The notes under the pieces are model-generated. The model had not been told where the DNA came from. It made no database searches and saw nothing but the letters and a program-made list of their open reading frames with translations. This document shows, piece after piece, positions 17,165-26,711 of a DNA stretch of 64,000 nt. The stretch is taken from contig CAWHSF010000003.1 of assembly GCA_963832025.1 (NCBI GenBank), positions 79,665 to 143,664 on the forward strand, written 5' to 3'. The translations under genes were made by a program, and so were the position numbers. The stretch's first letter is position 1; every line of letters begins with the position of its first letter. This stretch comes from Candidatus Nomurabacteria bacterium (GTDB lineage: Bacteria > Patescibacteriota > Minisyncoccia > Phycocordibacterales > UBA9973).

Positions 17165-17279
17165 AAGTGGAAAAACCTCCAGACGTTGGACGTCTGTAAG
17201 GATACAGACGTCCAACGTCTGGAGGCTGATGTTGGACATCTGCTAAAGCAGGTGTACAACATCATTCAACGTCTGGAGG
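17165..17279. repeat. composite repeat: GTGGAAAAACC, 49-nt double palindrome (17177-17225), gatgttggacatctgctaaagcaggtgtacaacatc (17228-17263), aacgtctggagg
   Basis: Members of two families fused. Lies ~33 nt upstream of the 17132 ATG. Confidence 0.9.
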
Positions 17280-17288
17280 TGCTAAAAC

Positions 17289-17316
17289 AAAAAACCACCC
17301 TCTGGGTGGTTTTTTG
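17289..17316. terminator. bidirectional terminator aaaaaaccaccc-tct-gggtggtttttt
   Basis: Downstream of the minus-strand gene ending at 17335. The same hairpin type recurs at 21806-21835 and 22296-22325. Confidence 0.6.
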
Positions 17317-17334
17317 TTTTGTTTTTAATAATAA

Positions 17335-19241
17335 CTACTGACCCATTCCATTCATCAATGCTTTGGTCTTTGGACCAACCAAACCATCAGCTGTGAGTCC
17401 ATGAGCTTTCTGCCATTGCTTGATGATAGCAATCGTTTTCGAACCGAGCCATCCATCGACAGCCAAATTAAGATTCAAATTTTTATTCAAGAACATTTGA
17501 AGTTGTTTGACTGCATCACCCTTGCTACCGTTTTTCAAAACTGTTGTTCCGAAATTGTAGGTTGTGGTGGTAGTTGTAGTCGTGCCATTGTTGTTCATTG
17601 TCGTTGTGGTCACAGAAACACCACCAGCACATGATTGACCTGTAGTAGGACTAAACCAGTATTTGAGGAACAACCTGGAACCGACCCAGATGGAGTAACT
17701 GTAATGACTGGAGTAGAGTTGGGGTTGTGGTAACTGGAGTCGTGGTTGGGGTGGTTGTGGTCGTAGTAGTCGTGGTTGTTGTGGTAGAAGAACCTGAACC
17801 GCCACCCATATTTAGTTGTCCTCCACCGCCGCCAGTAACATAACAAGTCTGTGTCGTATCTGGAGTAATAGTAAATGTTGAACCTGTACCAGTGATTGTC
17901 ACTATAGTTATTAAACATGGAAGCAGTACAAGTCTGAGGAGCAACGACTGCACCACCGTCAACATTGTTTAATGGATATCCATTAGGCGATGTAAGTGTG
18001 AAGGTGCCACTTGCAGATATTTCAGCAATAGTACTACCACCAATGTTTATAGAAGTAACTGTTGAACCGCTCGAAACTGTGTAGTTGTGACCACCCATGA
18101 CTACTGTGAAGACACCGGTAAAGGTAGGAGTAGCTACAGTTTTTAGTCCACTACCACTCAAAGTAAGATTGAAGTAAGGTACAGCTAGAACTGTTTGAGA
18201 ACCAGCTGCGTTGTAATTTACAGTGTTTCCAGTTGCAGTTGCAGTAAATGTTCCCATCGCCGAAGTTCCACCAATGTTCAAAGTCGCGCCTGCGCCGTTG
18301 GTAAGAGCTCCTGAGCCAGAGAGGGCTGTCGTTACCGTCAAGGTTCCATTGTTCGTATACGTTCCAGTAACCGCCAAAGAAGGAATGGAAACCGTTCCTG
18401 TAATAGTTTTAGTTGTTCCGCTCAGAGTATATACGCCTGTGCCGGCAGTTAAAGTACCGCTGTCGGCAAGATTTCCGCCGATACCCACCGTATAGGTGGA
18501 GTTGGCCACAGTGGCCCCGCTATCTATTGTGAGATTGCCAGCAAGAGATGTGCTTGCGCCCAAGGTGAGAGTGCCGGAAGTTGGTTCCATGTTGCCAAAC
18601 GTGTACGCACCGTTTACAGCGCTAGTGCCTGTAGTAAAAAATCCGGAAGTAGCACTCATGCTCACAGTTCCACCCGCAGAAAGAGTACCGCCATTCATAG
18701 TAATATACCCGTTGCTGGTAGTGGTGAGCTGAGCTTTAGCCAATGTACCAGTAAAAGTAATATTTCCATTAACTGTCAAAATTGAGTTTGATGTCAATAC
18801 TGAATTTCCACCAGAACCTCCGTTCATCGCTAGGCTTCCAGTATTTATGGAAGCGAGAGTATCGGTTATGGTAGAGTTACCGGTGCCCGAAGAACCAGCA
18901 AAGGTCAGAGCTCCTGTGATTACGAGATAAGAACCAGAGTTGAGCGTAATCGCATTTGAAGCGTTTACAGGATCTTGCAAGGTTACCGATGCCGCCACGG
19001 CAGGGGTACTCAAATCATTGGCACTCGTTATCGTCACAGTGACGCCAGCTGGGATAATAACACTATCAGCAGACGTAGGGACTACTCCCCCGCAGCCACT
19101 CCAAGTGCCCGTATCGCTCCAGTTTCCTGTAGCTGCGGTACATGTATTTGCTGCATGCACATTACTTACGCCAACAAAACTAAAAAAAGCGAAAACAAAA
19201 ACAAAAATTCCCACACTTAACAATAATTTATTTTTTAACAT
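17335..19241 (-). pseudogene. secreted beta-helix surface protein with C-terminal PG-binding domain, at least 3 frameshifts near 17650-17930
   Basis: Signal peptide MLKNKLLLSVGIFVFVFAFFSFVGVSNVHA. C-terminal GSKGDAVKQLQMFLN...HGLTADGLVGPKT. Coding sense jumps between the three listed ORFs (17610-19241, 17651-17965, 17335-17805). Confidence 0.6.
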
Positions 19242-19363
19242 TATTTTTAATTTTAATAATAAACATAAAAGAAAAATCTTTGATTCTCGACCAGAAGAAT
19301 CAAATTAGAACACACTTATTATACAATAGATTAATTCATGAAGAAATGGTGAGAATAAGCCCC

Positions 19364-19410
19364 TGTGGATAACCCCCACACCTTTTGTTTTAAACGAAAG
19401 GTATGGGTTA
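19364..19410. repeat. ctgtggataac plus CCCCCACAC-family hairpin (cccacaccttt / aaaggtatggg)
   Basis: Immediately 3' of the second RAYT gene's stop codon. Confidence 0.8.
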
Positions 19411-19413
19411 ATT

Positions 19414-20097
19414 TTATACTTCCTGTGACAGCTCTTCTTCCAGCCCCAGAAAAGAAGAAACTTCTTTTCTTTGTTCCCTAATTACAGAGGACACCTTTAG
19501 GCACTCATTCTTGAAGTTATTGTTGGTACCAAAAAAACTGAGCAGGTTCTTCGCTTCTTTTTTGGACACAACATTAAAATCCATGTTTTCGTATTCAGCA
19601 TCACTGGACAAAATCAACTCCCGCTTTTCTTCGGGAATATTGTGAATCATGTGATTGATATTCACATATGGAAAAATTTTCAAAAAATATTTATTGTTTT
19701 TAATTAAGCTTGATTTAAACCTGCCTTGAAACAAAGCGCCATTCCTTTTATGCACCAAATTGAAATATTTCGTATAGCCACCGAGTAATCTTTTTAAAAA
19801 TTCGGAGATGCCTCCATCTACTTCTTGTTTTAAAATAAAATGAAAGTGATTCGGATTGAGACAATAACAAACAACAGCAACTAAGTTCCCTTCCTTGCTT
19901 TTTCTTTTCAAGCGTCGAGAAAATAACTTGTCTCGTGAATTGTCCCTGATACTACCAACCGGATAAATTTTATTGAATTGTTTTATGCTCAAAACAAAAC
20001 GATTGAGGTCCTTCTTATTCATAAAGATATCCCTCTTATCGACTCCTCTGTTGTAAATGTGATAATACTCGTTAGTTACAAGCGGATGTTTTCTCAT
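19414..20097 (-). CDS. rayT: REP-associated tyrosine transposase (RAYT-like, HUH Y1 family), second copy
   Basis: YYHIYNRGV, HUH motif NPNHFHFIL, GALFQGRFKS. Tyr block is degenerate (PYVNINHMIH). Start taken at the internal Met. Confidence 0.7.
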   Translation of the reverse strand: MRKHPLVTNEYYHIYNRGVDKRDIFMNKKDLNRFVLSIKQFNKIYPVGSIRDNSRDKLFSRRLKRKSKEGNLVAVVCYCLNPNHFHFILKQEVDGGISEFLKRLLGGYTKYFNLVHKRNGALFQGRFKSSLIKNNKYFLKIFPYVNINHMIHNIPEEKRELILSSDAEYENMDFNVVSKKEAKNLLSFFGTNNNFKNECLKVSSVIREQRKEVSSFLGLEEELSQEV

Positions 20098-20206
20098 AAA
20101 ATAATAAAAAATTTCTAGAGGAACGCGACCAGAAATTAAAAACAATTTATAAAAACTAAGCTTAATTAAGCTATTTAGTAATCATAGCGAAAAACTTCAT
20201 GAAGTC

Positions 20207-20266
20207 ATGTGGATAACCCTCCAGACGTTGGACGTCTGTAAGCTTACAGACGTCCAACGTCTGGAG
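20207..20266. repeat. catgtggataacc flank plus perfect 48-nt palindrome (20219-20266)
   Basis: ctccagacgttggacgtctgtaag|cttacagacgtccaacgtctggag. An identical copy sits at 35289-35336. Confidence 0.95.
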
Positions 20267-20276
20267 CTAGAACTAG

Positions 20277-20474
20277 TTACCAGGGGTAGCCGAAGAGAAG
20301 CAAGAGAACGAGGATGACGATAAAAAGGATGAGTAGGACATACACAAGATGCATCCAATCCGTGGGACGATTGTGTTTGGTCATGTAATTTTTATATATA
20401 TCAAGGCCTTTGTGGAAAATAAGAATCGGCAGGATGGCTATCAAAAACCAGGCTTTAAATAATATTTCAAACAT
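20277..20474 (-). CDS. small two-TM membrane protein (65 aa)
   Basis: Two hydrophobic helices; bounded by palindromic elements on both sides. Confidence 0.45.
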   Translation of the reverse strand: MFEILFKAWFLIAILPILIFHKGLDIYKNYMTKHNRPTDWMHLVYVLLILFIVILVLLLLFGYPW

Positions 20475-20502
20475 GGATTAATGATAGCAAAATTGGGAAA
20501 AA

Positions 20503-20610
20503 AACAAAACAGACGTTGGACGTCTGTTTTGTTTAGAACGCAGGCGTTGGACGCTTATAAGATGTTGGACAACTGCTAAAGCAGGTATACAACATCACGT
20601 ACAACGTCTC
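20503..20610. repeat. composite repeat: long hairpin aaacaaaacagacgt-tgg-acgtctgttttgttt, gcgttggacgc, gatgttggacaactgctaaagcaggtatacaacatc (20561-20596)
   Basis: Same families as at 17165-17279. Confidence 0.85.
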
Positions 20611-20613
20611 CTA

Positions 20614-21111
20614 TTATTTTTCCAAGGTAATCGTGGCGACGTTTTGGGAAGTTCCACAGTCTACCATGAACGTTGCGGGCAACTTTGCGCTGGAAAGTTG
20701 AATGATTTTAAAGCCATAAGCTTTAATGCTGAATACTGAACCGATGTGCACGGTACGTGCAACCGGAGCGCGGTTATCAACCATTAAATATGCATTGTTT
20801 TTGAAAATTAAGTTTGAAGGGCTGGCTAGAGCCTGACAATTGGTATCGAGCTGGAGACGAGCATCGGCATATTTTACTAATGCATCTGTATAACTGATAG
20901 AGACAGCTTTACCGGCGTTTATATCACCAGTGGTGGTGTCTTCAGTAGAGGTCGGCGTAAGCGCAGTTTGGTCTGTCGGATTCACTCCGGTGTTATTGGT
21001 CATAACCGAAGAATCTGATATATGTCTAACCCATATAATTAAAGCAATAACGACCACTACTACGACGACTGTCCAAATCCACATATTCTTTTTTTTGTTT
21101 TCTGTTTCCAT
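20614..21111 (-). CDS. membrane-anchored hypothetical protein (165 aa)
   Basis: N-terminal TM helix WIWTVVVVVVVIALIIWV followed by a Thr-rich linker and a beta-rich domain. Confidence 0.55.
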   Translation of the reverse strand: METENKKKNMWIWTVVVVVVVIALIIWVRHISDSSVMTNNTGVNPTDQTALTPTSTEDTTTGDINAGKAVSISYTDALVKYADARLQLDTNCQALASPSNLIFKNNAYLMVDNRAPVARTVHIGSVFSIKAYGFKIIQLSSAKLPATFMVDCGTSQNVATITLEK

Positions 21112-21310
21112 TCACATTTGAAGTAAAAGAGTATTTTTTGCTTTTACTTTATTTAAATAATAATCAAAAACGTTTTTCCCCGTAAGAACCTTGTTATATA
21201 AACTTCTAACGGGATTCATAAAAACTGACCAAACTTAATGATAAACAGTATAAGTATACCATTATTATACATGACGTAGTAGCTTCATGAATATTACACG
21301 AACCGCACCT

Positions 21311-21393
21311 GGGGATAACCTTGAAGACGTTGTACACCTGCTTTAACAGTTGTCCAACGTCTGAAAACAAAAAAGCCCCTTAGGGGGCTTTTT
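21311..21393. repeat. ggggataacc flank, agacgttgtacacctgctttaacagttgtccaacgtct (21325-21362), terminator aaaaaagcccc-tta-ggggcttttt
   Basis: Inverted-orientation member of the GTTGGACA...TGTACAAC family. Confidence 0.85.
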
Positions 21394-21402
21394 ATTTAAA
21401 TT

Positions 21403-21696
21403 TTATTTTCTTTTTTTCTCAAGGTTATAGACCCTACTGGAAAGTTCATCAAGAGCAAACCTGGATGGAAAACGGTCTGCTAAACTAATGATATCGTGAC
21501 GAATGTTTTTATAATTTTGCTGAACTTCAATAAAGTTATTTTCTAGTACATCTAATCGATTTTCCACACTATTAAATCCCTTGGCAACAGAAATGGCTAA
21601 GGAGTCCACTGTTTTGATAAGGGTGTTAACTTTTGAATTTAGATTGTTTTCTTTTGCGACAACCTTTCTCATGTTTTCCATTATACCAATCTTCAT
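21403..21696 (-). CDS. small coiled-coil protein (97 aa)
   Basis: Heptad-like sequence with no TM helix; bounded by repeats. Confidence 0.5.
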   Translation of the reverse strand: MKIGIMENMRKVVAKENNLNSKVNTLIKTVDSLAISVAKGFNSVENRLDVLENNFIEVQQNYKNIRHDIISLADRFPSRFALDELSSRVYNLEKKRK

Positions 21697-21717
21697 TTGG
21701 GGTGCAATTGATAAAAA

Positions 21718-21835
21718 AGTGGATAACCCTCCAGACGTTGGACGTCTGTAAGGTTACAGACGTCCACGTCTGGAGACTCCCCTTTTGGGGTGCTCCTAAG
21801 ACGCAAAAAACCACCCCCGAAGGATTGGTTTTTTG
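21718..21835. repeat. ~118-nt composite: agtggataacc, 47-nt double palindrome (21729-21775, 1-nt deletion), ccccttttgggg...aagacgcaaaaaacc-hairpin-ttttttg
   Basis: Same layout as 22203-22325. Confidence 0.9.
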
Positions 21836-21907
21836 AACTTAGTATATAATGCATCCGCAATTTTATCGTACTTTGTACTGATAAATAATAAGCTGTGATT
21901 GTTTTTA

Positions 21908-22198
21908 TTATGTAACTAACTTAATTCCGACTTTTTCTGCGATTGGTTTTATCCATTCTTCATGTCTATTTATCTGATTTTTTATAGCAGCATATTCTAA
22001 TGTTAAGTCACCTATTGATTTTGCAACAGAATCACTGGAAATAATGACGCCCTGAACGAGCTCTTTTAAATCTCCCAAGTCGCTTTTAACCTCTTCAACA
22101 TCTTTCTTTGAAGCAAGGACGGAAGTGAGTCTATCTATATCTTTATCATCTAACATTTCCCCATTATAGCAACTAAAATGGTTTGCGCAAATTAACAA
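21908..22198 (-). CDS. small coiled-coil protein (start possibly at the internal Met at 22156)
   Basis: MLDDKDIDRLTSVLASKKDVEEVKSDLGDLKELVQG...; bounded by repeats. Confidence 0.5.
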   Translation of the reverse strand: MLICANHFSCYNGEMLDDKDIDRLTSVLASKKDVEEVKSDLGDLKELVQGVIISSDSVAKSIGDLTLEYAAIKNQINRHEEWIKPIAEKVGIKLVT

Positions 22199-22202
22199 AT
22201 AA

Positions 22203-22325
22203 GTGCATAAACCTCCAGACGTTGGACGTCTGTAAGAGTCCGGACGTCCAACGTCTGGAGGGCCCCGTTTGGGGTGGCTCCTCCAAGACGCAAAAAACCA
22301 CCCCGGTAAGGGGTGGTTTTTTGTT
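22203..22325. repeat. ~120-nt composite: gtgcataaacc, 48-nt double palindrome (22213-22260), ccccgtttgggg...aagacgcaaaaaaccacccc-ggtaa-ggggtggttttttg
   Basis: Second copy of the 21718-21835 layout. The terminator hairpin is perfect here. Confidence 0.9.
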
Positions 22326-22369
22326 TCTCGTTTTTTAAGCGAGAGGCTAATAGAATGTTCGACTTTCTA

Positions 22370-25300
22370 TTAGTTATGAATACTAACTGATCCACTTGGG
22401 TAAGCGTATAGTGCAGAACCAGTAGACCTGATGTAGGAGTACCACCAGTTGTAGCAACACTGACTGACGTTACGCCACCGTTGATATCATCCCATACGAA
22501 GTAGCTGAAGTACCAAGACTTACAGAAGCAGTTGCACTTGTACCAAAGGTAGAACCAGTGAAGTTCGCATGAATTTCAAAGGTCTTTGAAGTTACCTGCT
22601 GAGATTCTGTAGTGGTTAGCAGTTGTCAGAACCGAAGACCTTCGGAAGCAGTAGCACTGGTAGTACCAGAAGTGTTTGTAGCAGTGAAAGTTTGCAAGAG
22701 TAACACCGTTAGTATCAGTAAGTGTTACGATCCAGGTGCAGCGATAACTGGAGTTCCACTAGTACCAGCGTTAAGTGAAACACTTAATGGGATTTCACTA
22801 AGAGCGATATCACCACCATTGTCTGCTGTAACAGTTACTGTTCCAAGAAGAACACTGTTTCCGTTGGTAAGAGCTTGAGTTGAAGCATTCAAAGTAATTG
22901 TTGGCTTTGAACCGACAAGAGTAAGATCAGTACCAGGCACTGAAGGAGCTAAGTAAGAAGTAGTACTTCCTGTCTGGTATTGAACATATTCAAGAAGAAT
23001 TTGTCCTGTTGATCCAGAAGCAACACCACCGTTTGTATTGACAGGTCCAAAGGACATGAACACAGGAACAGTGACACCGGAAGGATTGTTAGGAACAAGA
23101 ATGCTTGAACCTGTTGCACCAGTAATAGATGAAACGTATGCAATACCATTGTTAAAGATGCAGAACCTGTAGCAACACCTGGACTATTTAGAGCAACACC
23201 AGTGACACCACTAGTTGCAAGCTTGTAAATAGTTGAAGGAACACCAGCAGCAATAGACAGTTGCACTTGTAGATCCAAGAACCAACGGAGTGGTAAGGTT
23301 TACTGTCAAAGTTGACAGAACCGTGTGCAGTAACTGTACCAACAGCATTAGTACCACCATAGATACCAGTTGTAGTGATAGATTATATTATCACCAGTTG
23401 TAATACAAGTCTACCAGAAGTAGTTGCAATTACAGTTGAACCAGTTGAAGTAAGTCCAGCACCTGAAGTAGTAGCATGCAGTACGTCTCACTTACTCACA
23501 GTCAATAGCAGCAAATTTAAGACCTAGAATAGTTGCTGTACCTGTTGAAGCAACAAAGTTATATGTCTCTTGAGCTGCATTTGTAGCACCAGTACCAGCA
23601 GTTGAAATGTATTGAGCATTAGTTGATGCACTTCCAACAATGTAGGGTAACCTAACGTACCTACGCCGAGTGCATTGTTTGACCGCAACAGTATGTAGGA
23701 GTTAATGGAACTCGTGAGATTGCACCGACAGCTGTACAAGTCCAAGATCTGTAACAAGGTTACCCGTGTTAGTTGAACCTAAGTTAGCCAATGACATTAA
23801 CAGTCTGTGAGCCACCTGCAGGAATAACAAAGTTCGTTGAGAACGTGTTCAGATGCAGTAGGTTGACCGATTGGTGTAATAGTTCCTGGAACACCAGAAA
23901 TGACTCAAAGTTGAGAAGTTAGTAATCGGAGTAAATATGCAACAGTAACTAGCTGTTAGTACCAGTAGTTGAACAGAGGCCAATAATCAAACTGTTAACT
24001 TGAACTGCCTTCAGAAGTACTGTTGTTCTGAAGTGTGAATGAACCAATCTCTGCACCAGAAGTATTTGGACTGATTGTTTGACCCAAGTAACCGGTATTT
24101 GTACCGAGAGTCAAGGAACCAGTCGCAATAGTCATTGCGTTAGATGCTGGGAATGATAATCAGAAGTATTTGTCTGACCAGACGTCATACCTTGATAATC
24201 ACCGACTGGAATGTAAATTCCAGTAGTGGTTGTTCCAACTGGAATCGAGTACCAGAAGTGTATTTAATCCACCGCTATTTACTAGGTCAGCATGAATCTG
24301 GAATGTTCAGTCGTCCCTCCAGCAATAGTAAGGTTTGAACCTGGATTGAATATCAATGGAGTAATCGCACAAGAACCAGCAGTGGTAGAATACTGCATTT
24401 TGGCTTGAGCCAACTGGGGCACCATTGTAGTAAAGAGTAACATTACTCAATGCTGCAATCCAGGGTCATAGTTGTGGTAATACTACAGCATGCTATGCAT
24501 TTGACCAGGAAGTAACTTGTGGAGTAACATAAATCGTATTGACTTTTACATTTTCTCCGTATGAAGCAAAATGAATCCACCAATAGCAACATTGGTTGCA
24601 CCACCAGTAACGTTAGTATGTGAATTAAATGCAGGATCAGTTGAAGCACTAGTGAACCTGGTTGAATCTGGAACAGACCTGCCATTGTTTGAGAGAATAT
24701 TGCTTGGTTTGGACCCAACACTGAAACATTTACGCCAACTTGTGAGTCTGTAACCATAAGGTCAGATGCATTTTGGAGTGAAAGTTGAGCAGTACGAGCA
24801 GAACCATTTACAATATCACCGCGAACTTCAAGAGTTGTAGCACCAGTAATCATAGTATAAGGATTTGAAGTTAAATCAAATGCGATATAACCCATAGAAT
24901 TGATACCAGTTGAAGTTGCGATTTGAACGCCATTTGCGTAAAGTCCAAGATTTGCAAATGAATTTGCTGGAGCTGAACCGATGACATCAAAATTTGCACT
25001 CTTCAACAATACTGAGTGAAGGGAAACAGTTACAGGAGCTGACCAAAGAGATAACGCTGGTTGTTCCAGCTGATAGTTGACTTTTAAAGTGCATGCATCA
25101 CTGTATTTGCCACCAACACTTACTGTTGAAAGAATACCTAAACCACTGTTGATGTAGAAAGAATTACCAGCGACACTTACAGTGTTGGCTGAGCCACCAC
25201 TAACCGTGTAACTAGTAAGAACTACTTGAACTGTAGATTCAGTATTAGGTTGTTGAAGATACGATATCAGCGTGAACAGAAACATCAAGTGAACCATTTA

Positions 25301-26054
25301 CAGCGATGTTTAGACCGTTGAAAATGATTTGACCCAATGTGAATTGATAGAAGCTGCGTCTGTCAAACGAGTATTACCACTATATAGGTATACGTTTGGG
25401 AAGACTGGGTTATCTGAAATTCCTGTTCTCTGTAATGTAAGTTGTGTAAGTGTTCCTGTTCCAGTGAACATAAAGTGAGCCAAGTCAGCAGTAGCTTGAC
25501 CTTGGATAAGGTTGCCAGCTGCTGGATTGTCTGTAGCAAGAGAAACAGTTAGAGGACCAGTTGATGTAACCGGTACGCCACTTGAACATGGTTGACCAGT
25601 CAATGAACTATATCCTGTAGATGAGACACATCCTGCTGGAAGAGTCGTAGTGGTGGTCGTTGTGCCAGTTGAACAGGTTGCGCCAGTTGTAGGACTGAAT
25701 CCTGAAGTTGAAGTACAACCTGCTGGAAGGCTCATAGTCATACCGCCACCAAATGCAGCGAGAGACTTAGGACCGAATACTCCATCAGCTGTCAAACCTT
25801 CCTTTGTCTGCCAAGCTTCAACAGCGGCTTTGGTTTTTGGACCGAAGCTACCATCGGAAGTAATACCGAGAGCAGTCTGAAGGATCATAACTTCAGCATG
25901 ATATGTGGAACCAACTCTCAAGGTGTGTGTGATTGAAGTAACAGTTGCTGTTTGTGCAGCAGCTGTATTAACAGCGAGAACACCAGCAACCTACAAGCAA
26001 AACTGCAGCAATCATAACTCCAAGAAAGAATTTTGATTTTAATAAATTACTCAT
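22370..26054 (-). pseudogene. heavily decayed paralog of the 6743-9586 surface protein (signal peptide, PG-binding domain, Cys motifs, beta-sandwich repeats)
   Basis: Fragments in all three minus frames: N-terminus MSNLLKSKFFLGVMIAAVLL then a stop; ILQTALGITSDGSFGPKTKAAVEAWQ; LVGSKPTITLNAS...TVTVTADNGGDIALSEIPL (compare LVGSKPNITLASS...TLTVTADTSGDIALAKIPV); C-terminus LYAYPSGSVSIHN-stop at 22370. No ORF of 60 aa or more across most of 23280-24440. Confidence 0.75.
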
Positions 26055-26520
26055 AAAATTTTTCTAATTTATCCTTCGACAAAATTTGCTTCGCAAATAA
26101 TTTGTCTCAGGATGCTACGCCATTAATTAGTTTCGACAAAACTAAAAGCGTATTTTTTTCCTATCGTTAATCATCACCTACTAATAACTAATAATTTTTA
26201 ATAATGAAGCAGATGAATAAAAAACGAACAGAGATAAACAAACATTGAAAAACGAAACACAAAATTTTACAAAATAAAATGTGAGTTATTTCATAAAACT
26301 TTTATTCAGTTTTCAATGACCTTTCTTTTACCCTTTTAAATCTTCCAAGTGATTGAAAAATCTAATCAGGCTATCTATCCTCCTTTGAGATTTTTTCGAC
26401 GAAATCGCAAACGAAAATAAATATTTTCTACAAACAAATCTATGTGCACAGAAAACACAGCGTGTGCTTCTGTAAACATAAACACATTATAATATGTAGC
26501 TCTAAAATAGAGCAATATAT

Positions 26521-26700
26521 TATGTGGATAACTCGCCATGTAGGCGAGCCACTCCAGCTATATGTTCTCATACTTTTATACGGATTGCAAGGAGAAATGG
26601 GTGCTTTGAGATAAATAGGAGCGCCGAGACGTTGGACGTCAGCTGGAGATTCAAATTCATGACGTTGGACATCCGCCTCTGGCGGGTGTCCAACGTCTAG
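26521..26700. repeat. repeat cluster: atgtggataac plus tcgcc-atgta-ggcga hairpin, gagacgttggacgtc, 37-nt gacgttggacatccgcc-tct-ggcgggtgtccaacgtc (26661-26697)
   Basis: Three family members in 180 nt; the last is the partner of 6680-6716. Confidence 0.85.
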
Positions 26701-26711
26701 TTTCTTTAGCT

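Noticed and set aside
20207-22325. Regularly recurring 47-49-nt repeats that could be mistaken for a CRISPR array
   Set aside because: The repeats are full palindromes with variable companions. Spacing is 300-500 nt and irregular, and the intervals hold ORFs with their own terminators. No cas genes or leader are present.
19364-22325. Classical integron (intI plus attC cassette array)
   Set aside because: There is no tyrosine-recombinase IntI gene, and no attC-type R''/R' (RYYYAAC/GTTRRRY) boundaries. The only recombinase-like gene is an HUH RAYT. Only a structural analogy was kept, as a hypothesis.
22192-22395. 67-aa ORF on the minus strand
   Set aside because: It is composed of the palindromic repeat, the terminator hairpin and the 3' end of the decayed surface gene. 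It has no coding signal.
6743-26054. Diversity-generating retroelement acting on the paralogous surface proteins
   Set aside because: No reverse transcriptase gene is present, and there is no template/variable repeat pair. The paralogs are diverged throughout at the nucleotide level rather than differing only at adenines.
26055-26711. Replication origin (AT-rich region with a DnaA box)
   Set aside because: Only one perfect box is present, and it belongs to the dispersed repeat flank. No dnaA or dnaN is adjacent. The same box is scattered over 30 kb.
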